This document shows, piece by piece, positions 1 through 14,331 of a stretch of DNA of 64,000 bases. The stretch comes from Octopus bimaculoides (lineage: Eukaryota), in assembly GCF_001194135.2 (NCBI RefSeq), contig NC_068982.1, forward strand, positions 129,539,062-129,603,061, given 5' to 3'. Under the pieces are notes generated by a model. That model was not told the DNA's origin. It searched no databases and saw only the letters and a program-made list of their open reading frames with translations. Each line of letters starts with the position of its first letter. The stretch's first letter is position 1. Position numbers and translations under genes: made by a program.

Positions 1-39
1 GCAGTGTGTTCATTTATCCATAATGATATCACTGCAGGT

Positions 40-305
40 AGAAAGTGAAATTAAAAGTGTTATGATGAACATTATCCAAGAACTATCAGAGACAGCACAG
101 GATATAAGAATGAAAGCTGATAGGTGATGAGTATATTATGAAAATAAAAGAAGCTTTCAAAAATAAACAATAAAAATTCAGATGCCAGTGGTTTTTCAAT
201 TTGCGATGATATTCTGATGTATACCCAAAGAGTGATGGTTCTAACTACATTACGAAAAGGTGTATTGCAACAATTTCATAGCAGACATCCAGGAATGGCA
301 AGGAT
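40..305 (+). mobile_element. Degenerate Gypsy/Ty3 pol fragment (RNase H-integrase linker / zinc-binding region)
   Basis: Frameshifted translation TAQDIRMKA..DEYIMKIKEA..FSICDDILMY..RVMV..LRKGVLQQFHSRHPGMARM, resembling RVVVP..LR..IL..FH.GHPG..RM. Confidence 0.7.
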
Positions 306-600
306 GTCTGATCATTTTTAAACTTCTCATTCCACACATACACACTTCTTTGCAGTAGAGCAGCATTCCTGTATTGAACTGAAAGTTTTCAATGAATTTC
401 AGCCCCTGACACACTTTCAGACCCAAGAATTCAAATCACTGATCTCTGTTCTTCTTTGGTGCACACTACCAGTGGAGTGGCCATGTTTACTCTGTAACAT
501 AACAGAGAAAACTGGAGCGATCAAGGTTAAACCTTTGTTACTTAACCACAAGAGTACCACCTTTTAGCATTTGAGCACTGAAGGCAGTGTGGATAGTTGA
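306..600 (-). mobile_element. Mariner transposase 5' fragment (N-terminal HTH)
   Basis: From ATG at 484: MATPLVVCTKEEQRSVI*ILGSESVSGAEIH*KLSVQYRNAALLQRSVYVWNEKFKN, typical of mariner N-termini; contains stops. Confidence 0.75.
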
Positions 601-636
601 AAGAAAACTTTGGCAAAAGGGAGGATTATTTTTGAC

Positions 637-745
637 ATTAACCCTTTCGTTACTGTATTATATTGAGATGCTCTGTATTTCTTTTAATTACTTTAAATAT
701 AACAAAGAATTTAGTAAAATAACTTAGTTATCATTCAGCTAGTGT
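637..745 (+). mobile_element. piggyBac-like non-autonomous DNA element fragment; a related copy lies at about 3907-4110
   Basis: Starts ttaaccctttc; shares aagaatttagtaaaataact with the 3907 copy (ttaacccctttt). Confidence 0.5.
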
Positions 746-850
746 TATCTTATAAATCTTTCCAAATGTTATACTTTGTCCTGTGACAAGATAACTAACT
801 GTGTGCTTGAAGTTTCACATCTAATCGGTGAATTATGTTTCACATTTCAG

Positions 851-895
851 GTATGAAAAAGAGAGGAAAGAGTGACAGAGATGATTTGTTCTCGG
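851..895 (+). CDS. GAPVD1: GAPVD1 small linker exon (GMKKRGKSDRDDLFS), phase 1-1
   Basis: tttcacatttcag acceptor, G|gtaagt donor, 45 nt open in one frame; joins the 4181 exon in frame; resembles human DKEKDRDDL. Confidence 0.7.
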
Positions 896-2168
896 GTAAG
901 TAACATTATATGGAAAATGCTCATCTCCTATGTATGTCTTACGTCATAATTGTTTAGAAAGACAAGTAGGGTCATGAGTCTTGTCTAAAGACAAGGCTTG
1001 TAACACTGCTGCTTGCTTTTCAATAATTCTAATTGATGATAAGTGTCAATCCACTTCCAGAATTTAGTCTTAAGCAAGATAAGCAGACTTAAAGATATAT
1101 ATATATATATATTTCAGTGGAATATCAGTGCCAGCCACCTTACCATGCAGCAAAGGCATGGGACTACAGCATGGTGGATTGTGAAAAGATAGCAGAAGAG
1201 CTCAGCTGAGCCACCAGTGCTTCTTAGATTGATGCTGAGTCGAGGGATCATAGAAGATCAATGGTCAGGATCACCAAGTTCTATCAAGAGAGTAACTGCA
1301 ACACATCCATATGGGCAGCACTCATGGTTGTGTAATCAGCTAATGAAAGATTCATTATGACTCAAGCTCCAAATTCATAATAATGGAATTGGATGATGAC
1401 AGAGAGCCATGAGAATCGGTGAAAAGAAATGTGCATGTATTTACATTATAGCATATCACCATCATCATCGTTTAACATCCGCTTTCCATGCTAGCATGGG
1501 TTGGACGATTTGACTGAGGACTGGCGAACCAGATGGCTACGCCAGGCTCCAATCTGATTTGGCAGAGTTTCTACAGCTGGATGCCCTTCCTAACGCCAAC
1601 CACTCCGAAAGTGTAGTGGGTGCTTTTACATGCCACTGGCACGAAGGCCAGTCAGGCGGTACTGGCAACGGCCAAGCTCAAAGTGGTGTATTTTATGTCA
1701 CCTGCACAGGAGCCAGTCCAGTGGCACTGGCAACGACCTCGCTCGAATGTCTTTTCACATGCCACCGGCACAAGTGCCAGGAAGGCGACACTGGTAACGT
1801 ATATATATATATATATATATATATATTGCATGCTATTTATCTTTGCAATTTTCAAGTTAGATTTTGATATGTAAGATTATGTCACTAAGATACAATTTTA
1901 AATATAGATAAAAAAAGTTATCTGAAAATCATCACCCTTTTCATATTTGCTTTTTCCATGTATGCATAAGTTGAGTGTGACTTCTTGTGACAAAGTTCCT
2001 TGGCTGTATACCCTACCTGATGTCAACCCCTGCTTGTTTTTAAGTAAGGCACTTCATTCCACTGTCCTTTGCATGTAAAACTGCTGAGCTACAGGACACA
2101 AACTGTTGATAAAAGTGGTGTTAGTTAGCAGACATATCCATGCATATACTCTCTCTCTCACTCACTCA

Positions 2169-2206
<38 letters not shown>

Positions 2207-5200
2207 AGGATGCTGTATGAATGCCATTTGTCAAATTTCACTCTTAAGTGCTATAGTAGAAGATGCTGAAGGTGCTGTGCAGTAGGGCTGAACCTGAAAC
2301 TATGTGATTGCAAAGTAAACTTGTTAACCACACAGCTCTGCCTGCACCTTATTGTATTGGGATATTTGTAAATTATCTGCAAGTTATAGGTAACTTTTAT
2401 GGAGTTAGTATTTATAGGAAATGTTTAATGATCTAACATTTATTGCAAGGTGTCACTAGTGTCTTTGTCTCTTTCAGAGGAATTTGGTGCTTGTGGTGAT
2501 GCTTTTGATGGTGGTGGTAATGGCAACTTTGCTGGTGCTTGTGTTGGTAACAATGTTATAGGTGGCAAAAACTTTGTCTGTCCAGGTTAGTACTTTATAA
2601 GAATGACTTCAGCATATTTTGTTATATAAATATTTTAAAATTATCGTGGTGTGAAAAAAGTTGTAGGATGTTAGATTAAATGCCGTGTGGTGTTTATTTA
2701 CATCCCATTATATTTATGTGTTGAAAATCCCCATGATGTTAACTTTGTCTTTCATCATTTTTGGGTCACTGAAATAAGTTCCAGTTTTGTATTGGAGTTA
2801 ATTCATGCTATACCTTTCCACTATAAATTTGTGGATTTGTCTGAAATCAGAAACCATTACTATTAAGAATATCATTATTATTTACATGGTAAGCTGGCCA
2901 ACACTTTAGCATGACTCTTGTGCGGGTGGCACATAAAAGACACCATTTCGAGCGTGGCCGTTTTCGTGCGGGTGACACGTAAAAGCACCCACTACACTCT
3001 CTGAGTGGTTGGCGTTAGGAAGGGCATCCAGCTGTAGAAACTCTGCCAAATTAGATTGGAGCCTGGTGTTGCCATCCGGTTTCACCAGTCCTCAGTCAAA
3101 TCGTCCAACCCATGCTAGCATGGAAGGCGGACGTTAAACGATGATGATGATGATGATAAGATGCTTAATGGCATTTCTACTGACTTCACATTCTGATCTT
3201 AAATATTTTACCTTTTAATCCTTTTGGTGGGGGTCAATAAAATAAGTCTCAGCTGAGCACAAGAGTCAATGATGTAATTGATTAACCTGCTCCTGGACTT
3301 GTGCTTATAGTAGAAAAATTATTATTAAGATGGTGAGCTGGCAGAATTGTTAGTGCATTGGACAGAATACTTAACATTTCCTCTGGCTTTATGTTCTTAG
3401 CACACCAGACAAAATGGTTAGCAGTATTTCTTCCAGCATATTCCTCTAAGTTCAAATGTCACTGAGATCAACTTTGCCTTTCACCCTTTCAGAGTCAATA
3501 ATATAATTACTAGTTCAACACTGGGCTCAATATAATTGACTGGCTCCCTTCCACTAAAATTTTAGGCTTTGTGCCTACAGTAGAAAGGATTATTATTATT
3601 TGGCTGTAGTGTCTGAATTGTTAATGTTGCAAGATGTTTATTAAGTTACGTTGGTTAGAATTTTATGAAGTGGTCACTATGTTTTGAAGGAGATTTTTTT
3701 TTCTTGTTGAACTAAATGTGCTGTATTTAATTTCAACCTTCCATGATCAGAGTTTTCATCCTAATGGGATAAACTTGGCTGTTCATCCCTCTAGAGATCA
3801 TTCTACCATTCCCTACAAATTTATGGCAATATGTCATTGTATGAAAACATAAGACATCAATACTAAATGAGGTCTTATTTTAATTTTAAATGACCGTAGT
3901 CAGGCATTAACCCCTTTTGTTACCATACTTCTGAGGAAATGCCCAGCCTTTGTTTCAATTAATTTTGAAAATAATGAAGAATTTAGTAAAATAACTTTCT
4001 CATTATTAAGCTGGTGTTTCAAACATAGATTAACATGAAGTTTTGATGGAAGATATTTAGATCTCTTTAAAACATGAGTCTTGTATCACAGAACCATAGC
4101 AGGTTATTGGTGGGTTGGTATATAAAGTGTTAAAATTGTACTTATTTTATTTATTTGTGCTTTTTAAATTTTTGTTTTAGAAACCGGAGATGAGATTCTA
4201 GCTAAGTATCGTAAAAAACCAAATTTACCATCTTCACAAAGTCTTGATATGACTGATGATAATCAAAAGGATAAACACCCTACAAAAGAAGAACAGATCA
4301 ATGAAGTTCCCTACTATGATCCTAATAACCTAGAAAACTGCTTTGCATTTGCTGATGCTAAAAGGAAACTTCGACTTGTGCTCAGTGTTGGTGACTACCA
4401 GAACTGTTCTATTCGCTATCAGACATGTGGTCGATGGATGCCGAGCAGTCCATGTGATAATGATGGCACACCTGGTAGTGGTGGTCATTGGAAAGAAACT
4501 GAACTTGTTCATATTTTAAGTGTTCAGTTGGCTGAGGCTATAAATCTTCGTAACAAGGAAATGGTTGCACAACTACATGAAGTAATCCGCTGTATTAAGT
4601 TATTTGATAATGAAGGGTAAGTGTAAACAGTTATTCACTTACTTTATTCCATTTTTGTGTTGCTTTGGTGTTAGTCTTTCTCAAAATTTATTTTAGTTTA
4701 TTAATTCATGAGTTCTGTTTCTACTCTAGACATAACCCTAACTTTAAATGAGGTTCATTAATTTCCTTCCTTCTGTAAGCACAATTCTTATTTTATAGAC
4801 ATAAGGTTAACATTAGAAAGAGCACCCATTTGTATATATATATCTGCAACAATTAATTTATTACTTACATATTGTTGGTTATTTTTGATTATAGGTGACC
4901 TGGATTCTCAATAATAACTAGACATTCCTTTTTATCTCTACAATATATTTTCAAATCCAAATAAGTTTTATGAAGAACTATATAGACACTTTTAAGTGAA
5001 ACTTTTTATGTATTTGAAATATGTTCATCCTCTTTAACAGATGTAGATATTAAGATATTTATTAAATTGTTGATTTGTTTTGCCTCGTATTAAGTCCCTG
5101 ACCTTTTGTATCAACACCATTCTTAGGCAATATTATTTTAATTGTAAATCAATTATTAATTTCTGTTAAATAGAGCAAGCTTTCAGAGTGTATGTGATAT

Positions 5201-8200
5201 GTTTTATTTGTTAGTTTTCAACTTCAATGTTTATATATGCAAGTTAGAAAAAGTGGCCACTACAGAAGTAGACATACATATGGTGCTATGGCCCATCACT
5301 TCTCCAAACTATATTCATGGGAAGGATTGACCTTGACACTGCAAATCATTGAAACATATGACAATTTTACATTGTTCTGCTTACAGCAGTGAACTAAATT
5401 ACTCTGTGTTATTTAGTGTAGACAGACAGTGCTGGAGATGCAATATAAACTATTGCTGTATTGACACAGTCATCTGCAGCTCTATACATGATGTGTTGTA
5501 GATGTTCCTTTTTATTGCAGTTCTACAGTGCCAATCAATGGAGAGTGATATTCCTGCATGTATGGTTGGTCTTGTCAATTAATTTAATTCATTTGCCGTA
5601 AATTCTTCTTTAAGTTGAACTTGGTAGTTTAAATTTTTCATTTCATCCTACTGAAAATTGTAGCCTATACTGAAAGTTGTTAAGATGATAAGATACTACT
5701 CTCTCTCTCTCTCTCTCTCTCTCTTATAGCAACCTATTAGTTTTTCTTCCAACCACAAACTGTCCATACAGCTTAGCACTTCCTCAAGATATCTATTGTA
5801 TAATAAGATAAATGAAGCTGTTTGGAATTAAGCATCCTTGTCAGTGGATTCATAATAGTACCTAATTATTGGATATAAATTGGACGAGTGTGCATTTTGT
5901 TATTTTTGTAAATAATCAAGAACTCTAGATTAATATAGTTACTTATATTACTTCAAATTTTATTTTTATTTATTTGTATAGCTGTAAAAAATTATTTAAA
6001 TTACTTGAAGAAGATTACAAAGGAAGAGCACATTATGTGGCTTACTTAACTCGCTGCAAGCAGGGCCTGTTAACAAGTTTGTATTTCCTCCAAGGACTTT
6101 TACAGCGAGCACAAAGGTGAAGTCTGATTTTATACAACATTAGTTTATATATTTTGTACATTATTATATTCACATATTTGTAATCCCAGTATTTGACTGG
6201 CACTTACCAGTCAAGTACTGGGATTGATGTAATTGCTTAACTTCTCCTCCAAATTGCTGGCCTTGTGCCTGAATTAAAAAGTTGGGCTAGCACAGAGTCG
6301 ATAAAATATAATACTAGGTTAGTACTGGGGGTAATGTAATCAACCATCCACTCCCTTCAAAGTTACTGACTGTGTACCTCTATTTGAAGCAATTAGTAGA
6401 TACATACAAAACTGGTGTTTATTTGATTATTTGATGTGATGATTGTGAACAAATCTAAATGGGGAGAACCATGAGAGGAACTTCAATCAATCTGAAGGTT
6501 CTTTTTATGTGTGATGTATAACAAGATTCACATTATGCACCTTCTTTGAAAGGCAGTTGGTCATTGAGTGTGGAGAAGCATGTCTCATACACACACACAC
6601 ACAAAATGGCTGAAACCAAAAGATATCACAAGGTGGAAATGGGTTTCAGGTTCAGTTCCACTGCACAGCACCTTGAGCAAGAGCTTCTTTCTATAACTAT
6701 TAGCCAACCAAGCATTGTTAGTGTACATGGGACGATAACTCTAATAGACCTATATGTGTGTTTGTGTGTGCGCGTGCACTTGTGCAAGAATGTTATTTCA
6801 TTTGTCATCATTTGAGTGAAGCAGTGATGATGTTGATATTATGACCAATTGCTGCTTTCAAATACATGTGGAGCATCGAAGAAACCCTTACCTGTAAAGC
6901 ATATGAGATTTGCCTCAAAATCAATTCTTCTCCAAGCCATGTTAGCATGGAAAAGTATATGTTAAATGAGTGGATTTAATTGATGGAAATTACCATTGTA
7001 TAACTATTTATATGTTTGTATCTCCTTATCTTGATGTTATGTAGTAGTTGTAAACGAGTGTCATCATCATATAAGCAGTGTTGTAAAAACATGTGTGGGT
7101 CATTAGAAACAGGCAAGGGTTGCTGACATGAAGGGCTTCTAGCCAAAGAAAATCTGTTATTTCAATGAATTTCATCTGACACATGCAAGCATGGAAAATA
7201 GATGTCAAGAATTATGAAAAGCATATTGAAATAATTGTGTATGAAAATGTGTGGGTTAGATAGAGTAAAACAATGTGTAAGTTCAGATGGAGTAAAGGTA
7301 AATGTTTTAATAATTGTTATATGAATTTTTTCACAGAGAAAAAGAAATTTGCAACAATCACCTGAATAATGTGTGTGTACAAAGGTTCATTGAAAGTAAA
7401 GACAAACTACTTTCAAATTTTATAGCAGATTTTCAAAAGCTTACTATGTCAGATGAAAAAGTAAGTAACCTTTTTTTAACTGTTCTTTTAAAGATCTTTT
7501 ATTTGTATTTTTCAAGTATTGAAGGCTTTTTTATAATCATCATCATCATCATCAACATTTAATGTCTCTTTGTCCATGCTGTGCAAAGAATTTAAAAACT
7601 ATATTCATTTTTATTTTATTTCTAAGTTAAGTCCCCACTTAATTTTATTCAGTGCTTCCATAAATAGATGCTAGCAAAACACAGAACAGTTTGGAGAAGA
7701 AAGATCCCTTCCCAGTCATACATAGCTTTAACGCAGTACTAAGTATTGCACATAATGAGGAAAAGGAGATAAAAATATCTCAGTTGTCTTCTATGTCATA
7801 TGACATGCTCCTTACCACAGAATAGTTCTGTAGATTTGTATTAAGTTCTGAGCTGATGGAATGTAACATAAGGGTGCTAGAGAGAAGTTTGTCTACACTA
7901 GTACAGACATTGGTTGTGTATGGAGGACAATAGTTAAGTAAAGAAGTGCCAAATGGTCCAAATAGAAGAAATTTATGGAAGAGGAAAACTTGAGAAGTGA
8001 TGATGGTTGATCTCCGTATGATAAACTTCACAAACGAGATGACAACTATCATGTAGTGAGACCCTGTTTTGTAGAAGATCTATCCAACTTATGCAAGCAT
8101 AGAAAGGCAGGCATAAGATGATCATGATTTCTTGTTTTGGCTTAAAAGTCTTTAGAAGGATGGAGAGATTAAATCAGAAATATCTGACTTCCATGCCAAT

Positions 8201-11200
8201 CTCACTTAGCACAGAAAGTTAAGAAACTTCCACTCTAAATTCAAATTTAAAAGAATGAAAGTGTTAACATTATTTAATCATAAAACTTACTACTTTTGAT
8301 TAAGGGTGGTGACTTCAAAAGTTGCAGAATGAAAAATTGCTAATTTTCTTTTTGTCAAAATACCAAGAAATGTGCCTGTCTGGATATGTATTTTAGAGAA
8401 TAGAAGCATATGTATTAGTTAATGTGTTAATGCAGAGGTTAAAGCACCTGAATTGAGAGTTCACTTGGGATGGTCCCTCAACACATCTAATGCACACAGC
8501 AAAAAAAAAAAAAAATGTTAATAGTTGTGTACATATTCTTTAGATATGAATGTCTTTCCTATTTGCTAACCACTTCATAGCTTGAACTGGGTACATTCTG
8601 TCATGCAACTGGCACTAAAGATTGTCCTATCAGTTTTTATTTCAGATTTACTGCTCCCCTAAATGCTTTACATTCTCTACAACTTGTCAATTCCACATTT
8701 TCCTTTATTGCTTCTTTTGTTTCCAGTCAGCAACCATTTTATTTTATGAACTTGGTGCTTTTTACTGAGCCAGTATTATAGTATATACACTTTTAACAGG
8801 ATTCAAAGTATCAATGAGAAGAGTTAGTAACATGTAGGATTTGACTAAGGTGTCTAACTATATGCAAAAATTTTCATATAACATTCAATAACATTTCAGG
8901 TTATCAACAAGATAAAAAAAAATACAAATTCTATAGTAATTCTAATTCAACAATTGGTTTTGTAGAAATGTACTAAGGTTAAAATGTTAAATTTTAGTGC
9001 TTGTTATTAAAAAAATGTACATGAACACTACGAATTCCCATTTATTGTTTTCCAGAATTTCTGATCTAATTAGAAAATGGTTATTTCTTTGATGACTTTT
9101 GAAGCTTTTTGAATGATGAGATAATCTGTTTATTTACTTTATTTCTTTAAATTATTTTCTTTTCTGTATTTCAGGAAGATTTAGTTGAACGTTTCTTGAA
9201 TGGACTTTATCAAAGTATTCAAACAGATGCTCTCTGGCAAGGTATGAAAGAAATTTGGTATATAACTGGGGAGACTAATCTTTTAGTTAATGACTCACTA
9301 TTCCAATATTTTCATCTGCAGACAAAAAGAATAGTGGTTAGTTGTGAACAGTGGTGGCTCATAGATAAAATTAGTTGGGTGTGTTGCTTCAGAGAATTTT
9401 TAGCTGTTTTAATATTGTGTAAAAGGAAGTGAACATATAAAAAGAATATTTATACTTAAACTTGATTGGTTCACATTTTAGCCCCTCCTTGGTAGTGTTT
9501 AATTTGCTCACTAAACACTGCCGTGAATTCCTCCTTGTTTTTCAAAAATCCCCACTAAATCACAAAATAAGTGTTGGGGGTGGGAATCTGCCCTATTTTT
9601 CAAATCCTGGCAGCAACACTGAAGCTGGAAGCAGGATAATAATCTAATTCTACACTTTATCACATTCAAGATTATAAACATGCTTTTGAGCACAACATAC
9701 GTGAACAACAGTGCTCTCTCTTCCTAGTGTGAAGCTTCCTATCTTGGACATGTGAGCTTGCACACAACAGCCAAACACTGCATCGCTGGAACTGTTAAGC
9801 GCACAGTTCTATACAAGGATTTTTGTATTTTTTTCGTAAACTAGGGGATGGCTGCTGACATTAAGCTTAAGGATTATATAATGTACAAGTATAAAGAAAG
9901 AATTAAAGAAAAAAAGACTCATTATATTGAATGTTATCGATAATATCAAGTGGAAATAGTGGTGTTGCAGTTCTGCAGTGCCTATACACGAGCCGCCACT
10001 GGTTGTGAATATGAACCAGTTAAATGTTTTAATAGATCTAGCCTCATATGGTTTGTTATAAATGATTTACTAGTACGCTTTAATTAGAATTCATTATGAT
10101 GCAATCATTTTAAATATGGATCTTCTAGTATGCAGTTTACGTAAGACAAATGAGCTGATTGCTTCATCTGCTGAAAGTCTCAAAAGAAAAAAATGTATGT
10201 GGGGGGGGGGGCAGTGATTAATGTATTCATAGATATGCTAGATCTAAAAAATACAGGATGATCGTGGTTGGAATGTCTTGGTCATAGGTCTGCTTGATCA
10301 GGACTAGGGCTAAACAAAAACAAACAGATTGGTCTATTAGCCCGTCATATATGTACTAGAATGAATGCTGAACTCTTCAAGAAAACATATACATACATAT
10401 GCACTGGCACACATATAAGCTTCATCTCTTCAGATTCAGTTTAATTTCCTTTTTATAGAACTTTATGTAAATTTTATTCTTTTTTATCGTGGAAACATTG
10501 GCAGGTTTCTTCTCCAAATGCTTAAAATGTGTTTGTAATCCTTAATTAAAAATGGCCCATTTTTATTTTACCTCACCTTTCTTTACAGTCACATTTTAAG
10601 TTTTTCTTTAAGCTGTTTTATTATATATATTTTTTAATAGATTTATAGATTGGTCTTTTAGAATAGGTACACTTATCTCTGCATATCTCAAAACATGACT
10701 AAAAGGATTGTTGTCAGTCAGGGCATCTCACCTTACAATACTGCCTCAAAAGATCCTGTCCAGCTAATGCTATCATGGAAGAGAGGACACAAAAATGATG
10801 ATGATATTGTTGATTGTATATGTAGGTTTGATAAGTTCAAAAGATTATACAGCAAAAAGCTGGAGGAATTATATTTGTCATATGTATTATTCTTATTACC
10901 ATCTTCTATCATATAATATGGCTATTTAATTCCTCTATTCAATCAAATGAAAATAAGCAGTCTACTATTGCCTAAAATTCAAATTAGAAGTAGAATGAAC
11001 TAAATTTACTGCAGACACAAGGGTCACAAATATTGAAGAGATATCCTTTTGTTCTTTTACTGATTCAGTTATTAGACTTCAATCATATTGGAGAACTGCT
11101 TCCAAGAGTTTTAGTCATTCATATTGACCCCAATAATTTCAGTCTGGTGTTTATGTTATCGATCTTATTTATTGAATATTTAAGTTGCCTTTTGTTGTAA

Positions 11201-14200
11201 AGGTATGCAACTTGATGCACCACTTTACATCAGTATTCACAGGCAGATATGCAACAGGTTATTGCAGTTTCTCCCTACCATATTCTGCTCATGAGACACT
11301 GGTCAAACTATACAATTAAATCATATTTCTGTTACTTTTTTTTAATCCCTTCTCTCCTAATAGATGATAGGTCAGCCACAGCAGAGATTGAACTCTGAAC
11401 GTAAAAGAATGTCACTAAATACTGCAAAATACTTTTGTCTGCTATTCTACTGATTTTGCTCATTTATAATATTTGCAATATAAGGTTAAACTTTTGGGTT
11501 TTTGTTTTAAACAAAATCCATTTTCTAGGTTGCAGTGAAAGTCAGTTACAAAGCAGTTGCATTGCTCTGGAGCGCTATGTTATGGGACGAATTTATACAC
11601 ATGCCATGTTTCCCAATGGAGATGGAGATATTTTGAGAGATCAGTAAGTACATATATTCTAATATAAGATGCTTTCACTGTGATATATTTTTATAATGGT
11701 TGCATGAAATCACAACTACTACATCTGCATATCAAAAGCAGCAATGACTAAATTCATCTCCCACCATTTCACCTTTTACCAGCAACATCAAATATCACCA
11801 ACCATCACACACAAAATGATACACATAGAACATTAGTGCACAAATAACATATTGGATCAGAGATTATTCTTTTATCCTTAACCTTTCCAAAATAAACACA
11901 AACTAGAAAAGCACAGCCTCCACCAAACCAGCAGGAGCAGCACTACGACGACCACCACCACTACCACATCATCAGCAGCATTGTTATTGCTTCCACTTCA
12001 ACCACATACACTGCCATCAACGTTATCATGACAGTCACTTTCACCACCACAACCAGTATAACCACTACAATACTATCATCACACAACTAACACTATCATC
12101 ACTTTTACCACTCTCACACATCACACTGTTCCTGTCACCATTATAACCACCAATACTGTTTTATCCTCCTCCCATACTTATCTCGACCATTGTCATCATC
12201 AACACTGTCTCTGCTTTCACCACAATCAGTTTCTTTACACAGTTGAAAATCTATTATCCGATACTCATGGGACCGAGATTGTTGCAGATTTTTGATTTTT
12301 CTAATTTTGGAGTGCTTTATCAAAAAAGAAAAATTGCATCTACAAAACGGAACAGTTTTTGGTACAATAGCTTATAGACATACTCTGAATGTAGTACTAT
12401 ATAAATCTTTAATAATTTTTTTTTTATACTTAAGACCACCAAATATGTTAAGATATCAGCCTCTACCCACGTTGTCATGCTTTGATTAAAAGGTTACAGC
12501 GTAGATTAGATTACTTAGATAAGTTTCGGGAAGAGATACAGTCAGCTCTGGAGAACCATAGCCATTCAAGCAGAGGGTTATTGTTTTCAGAGACATCTGG
12601 GTGTGGGTGGTTTATCTGGTATTTGTTGGGGTTAATCATCTAGGGATCGTTTGAATGCCGTGAAGTCACTTCCCTCCTTTATGTGTCTGGCACGATGTTG
12701 AAGAGAGCAGGGCCAATTGAGGTGAAATAGTTGTCATAGTGTTGTGATATGACACGAACATTTCTGTAGTGGACAGATGGCATTGGGGCCAAGCCTCAGA
12801 CGAATTTTAAAGATGGGCAATGTTGATGGAATATTTTCCACATCATACAGATGATATAGAGCTCACAGCGGCAGTGGAGGAGCAAAGCCTGAGCTCTTTG
12901 AGTCGATCCCAATAGTGAAGGCTTGTCATGTCATCCTTCGCAGATCTCTGCCAAGCAGCTCATTTTAAGATAGATACATAAGTAAAATTACTAATAGAGA
13001 AATGAAAATAAACTCTGGAAACAGCAACGCCACCATAGATTACGTGCAAACAATGAACGTGTTTTCAAGGGAGATAATCAAAGAATGTAATACTTCTTGT
13101 AAAGTAAATATAACAAATGAAAACTCCTTCAAGAATCCATAAAAATTCCTGGATCACTACCAAAATTTCATCATCTGTTCCTTGTGTCATTTCCAACTTT
13201 TCCTGCAAGTTTCATCAAATACCGTTCACAACTTTTTTTAGTTATTTTGCACACAGACAGACAAACCAATGCCGATGAAAACATAACCTCATTCCTTGGT
13301 GGATGAACAACACAAAACAATATACTTGGCAACAACAGAAGTTATAAAAAAGTACTCAATTAAATAAAAATATTACAAATAAGATACCACCTAGCCATTT
13401 GAGAACCACATTTGTCACTGCAACATGTATAATCAACACCATTACATATAGAATCAACTGCAAATACATTTATAATACTCTAAACACAGCCTCTGCCTCT
13501 CCAATCAGTTTTGACAAACATAAAACTCACAAATAGTAGTAACATTAATAACCTTTTAAGACCCAAATAATTAACTGGTATCGTACATCACTAATGGGGA
13601 AACTACAATATATACTTCAGGTTTATTTTGTAGTTTCTGTTGCTGTTACCAATGTAGACATGGAGTGGGGGAAAAGCAGCATGCTTAGACAACTCCACAA
13701 CACCCACGTAATGAACTACTGCATATTGAAGTGCTCAGTATTGGCCTGTAATAGTATATCTGGAACAATCAGTCATACTTTATTCTTTAATCAACAGCTC
13801 TGCACCCCAAATCTGCTTCATCACTGCTAACTTGCAGGATTCATGGAGATAACAGCAATAAAATTGCACATAGCCATCTTTACCATGTCCCTAGAAATGT
13901 AGACCTCATTTAGTCTCACTGGAAATTAAATTCATTTGTGTGTCTTCTTATAAGGTTGTGAATATAAGTTGAAACTAGCAGCAGTGAAAAATAAGTTATA
14001 TTTAGACAAACTCTTTTTCACTGTTTACAGATAACTAACAATTTTTGTAGACAAGTTCCATGTACAGCATTTATATAAGGATAACATAAATGTGTTTGAA
14101 AACAAAATATATGAATGGTTGTGTTTGTACAAGTTGATTGAATAATTCATGTTGGTCTGTTCAGTTAAGCATACCTCCTATTGAGACTAACTGAAACCAA

Positions 14201-14289
14201 TTAGAAATACCACTGGAAATAGTAGTGGTAGGTCACCACATTCTATTATGGTGAGATGAGAGGAGCTAAGCTAGAGAAACAGATTTGAC

Positions 14290-14331
<42 letters not shown>

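Noticed and set aside
1559-1874. Overlapping ORFs ([18 protein letters not shown]..., MLLHATGT...) and similar ones at 26479-26831, 33086-33420 and 33776-34162
   Set aside because: They are translations of the RTE 3'UTR repeat and (TA)n, recurring in every copy.
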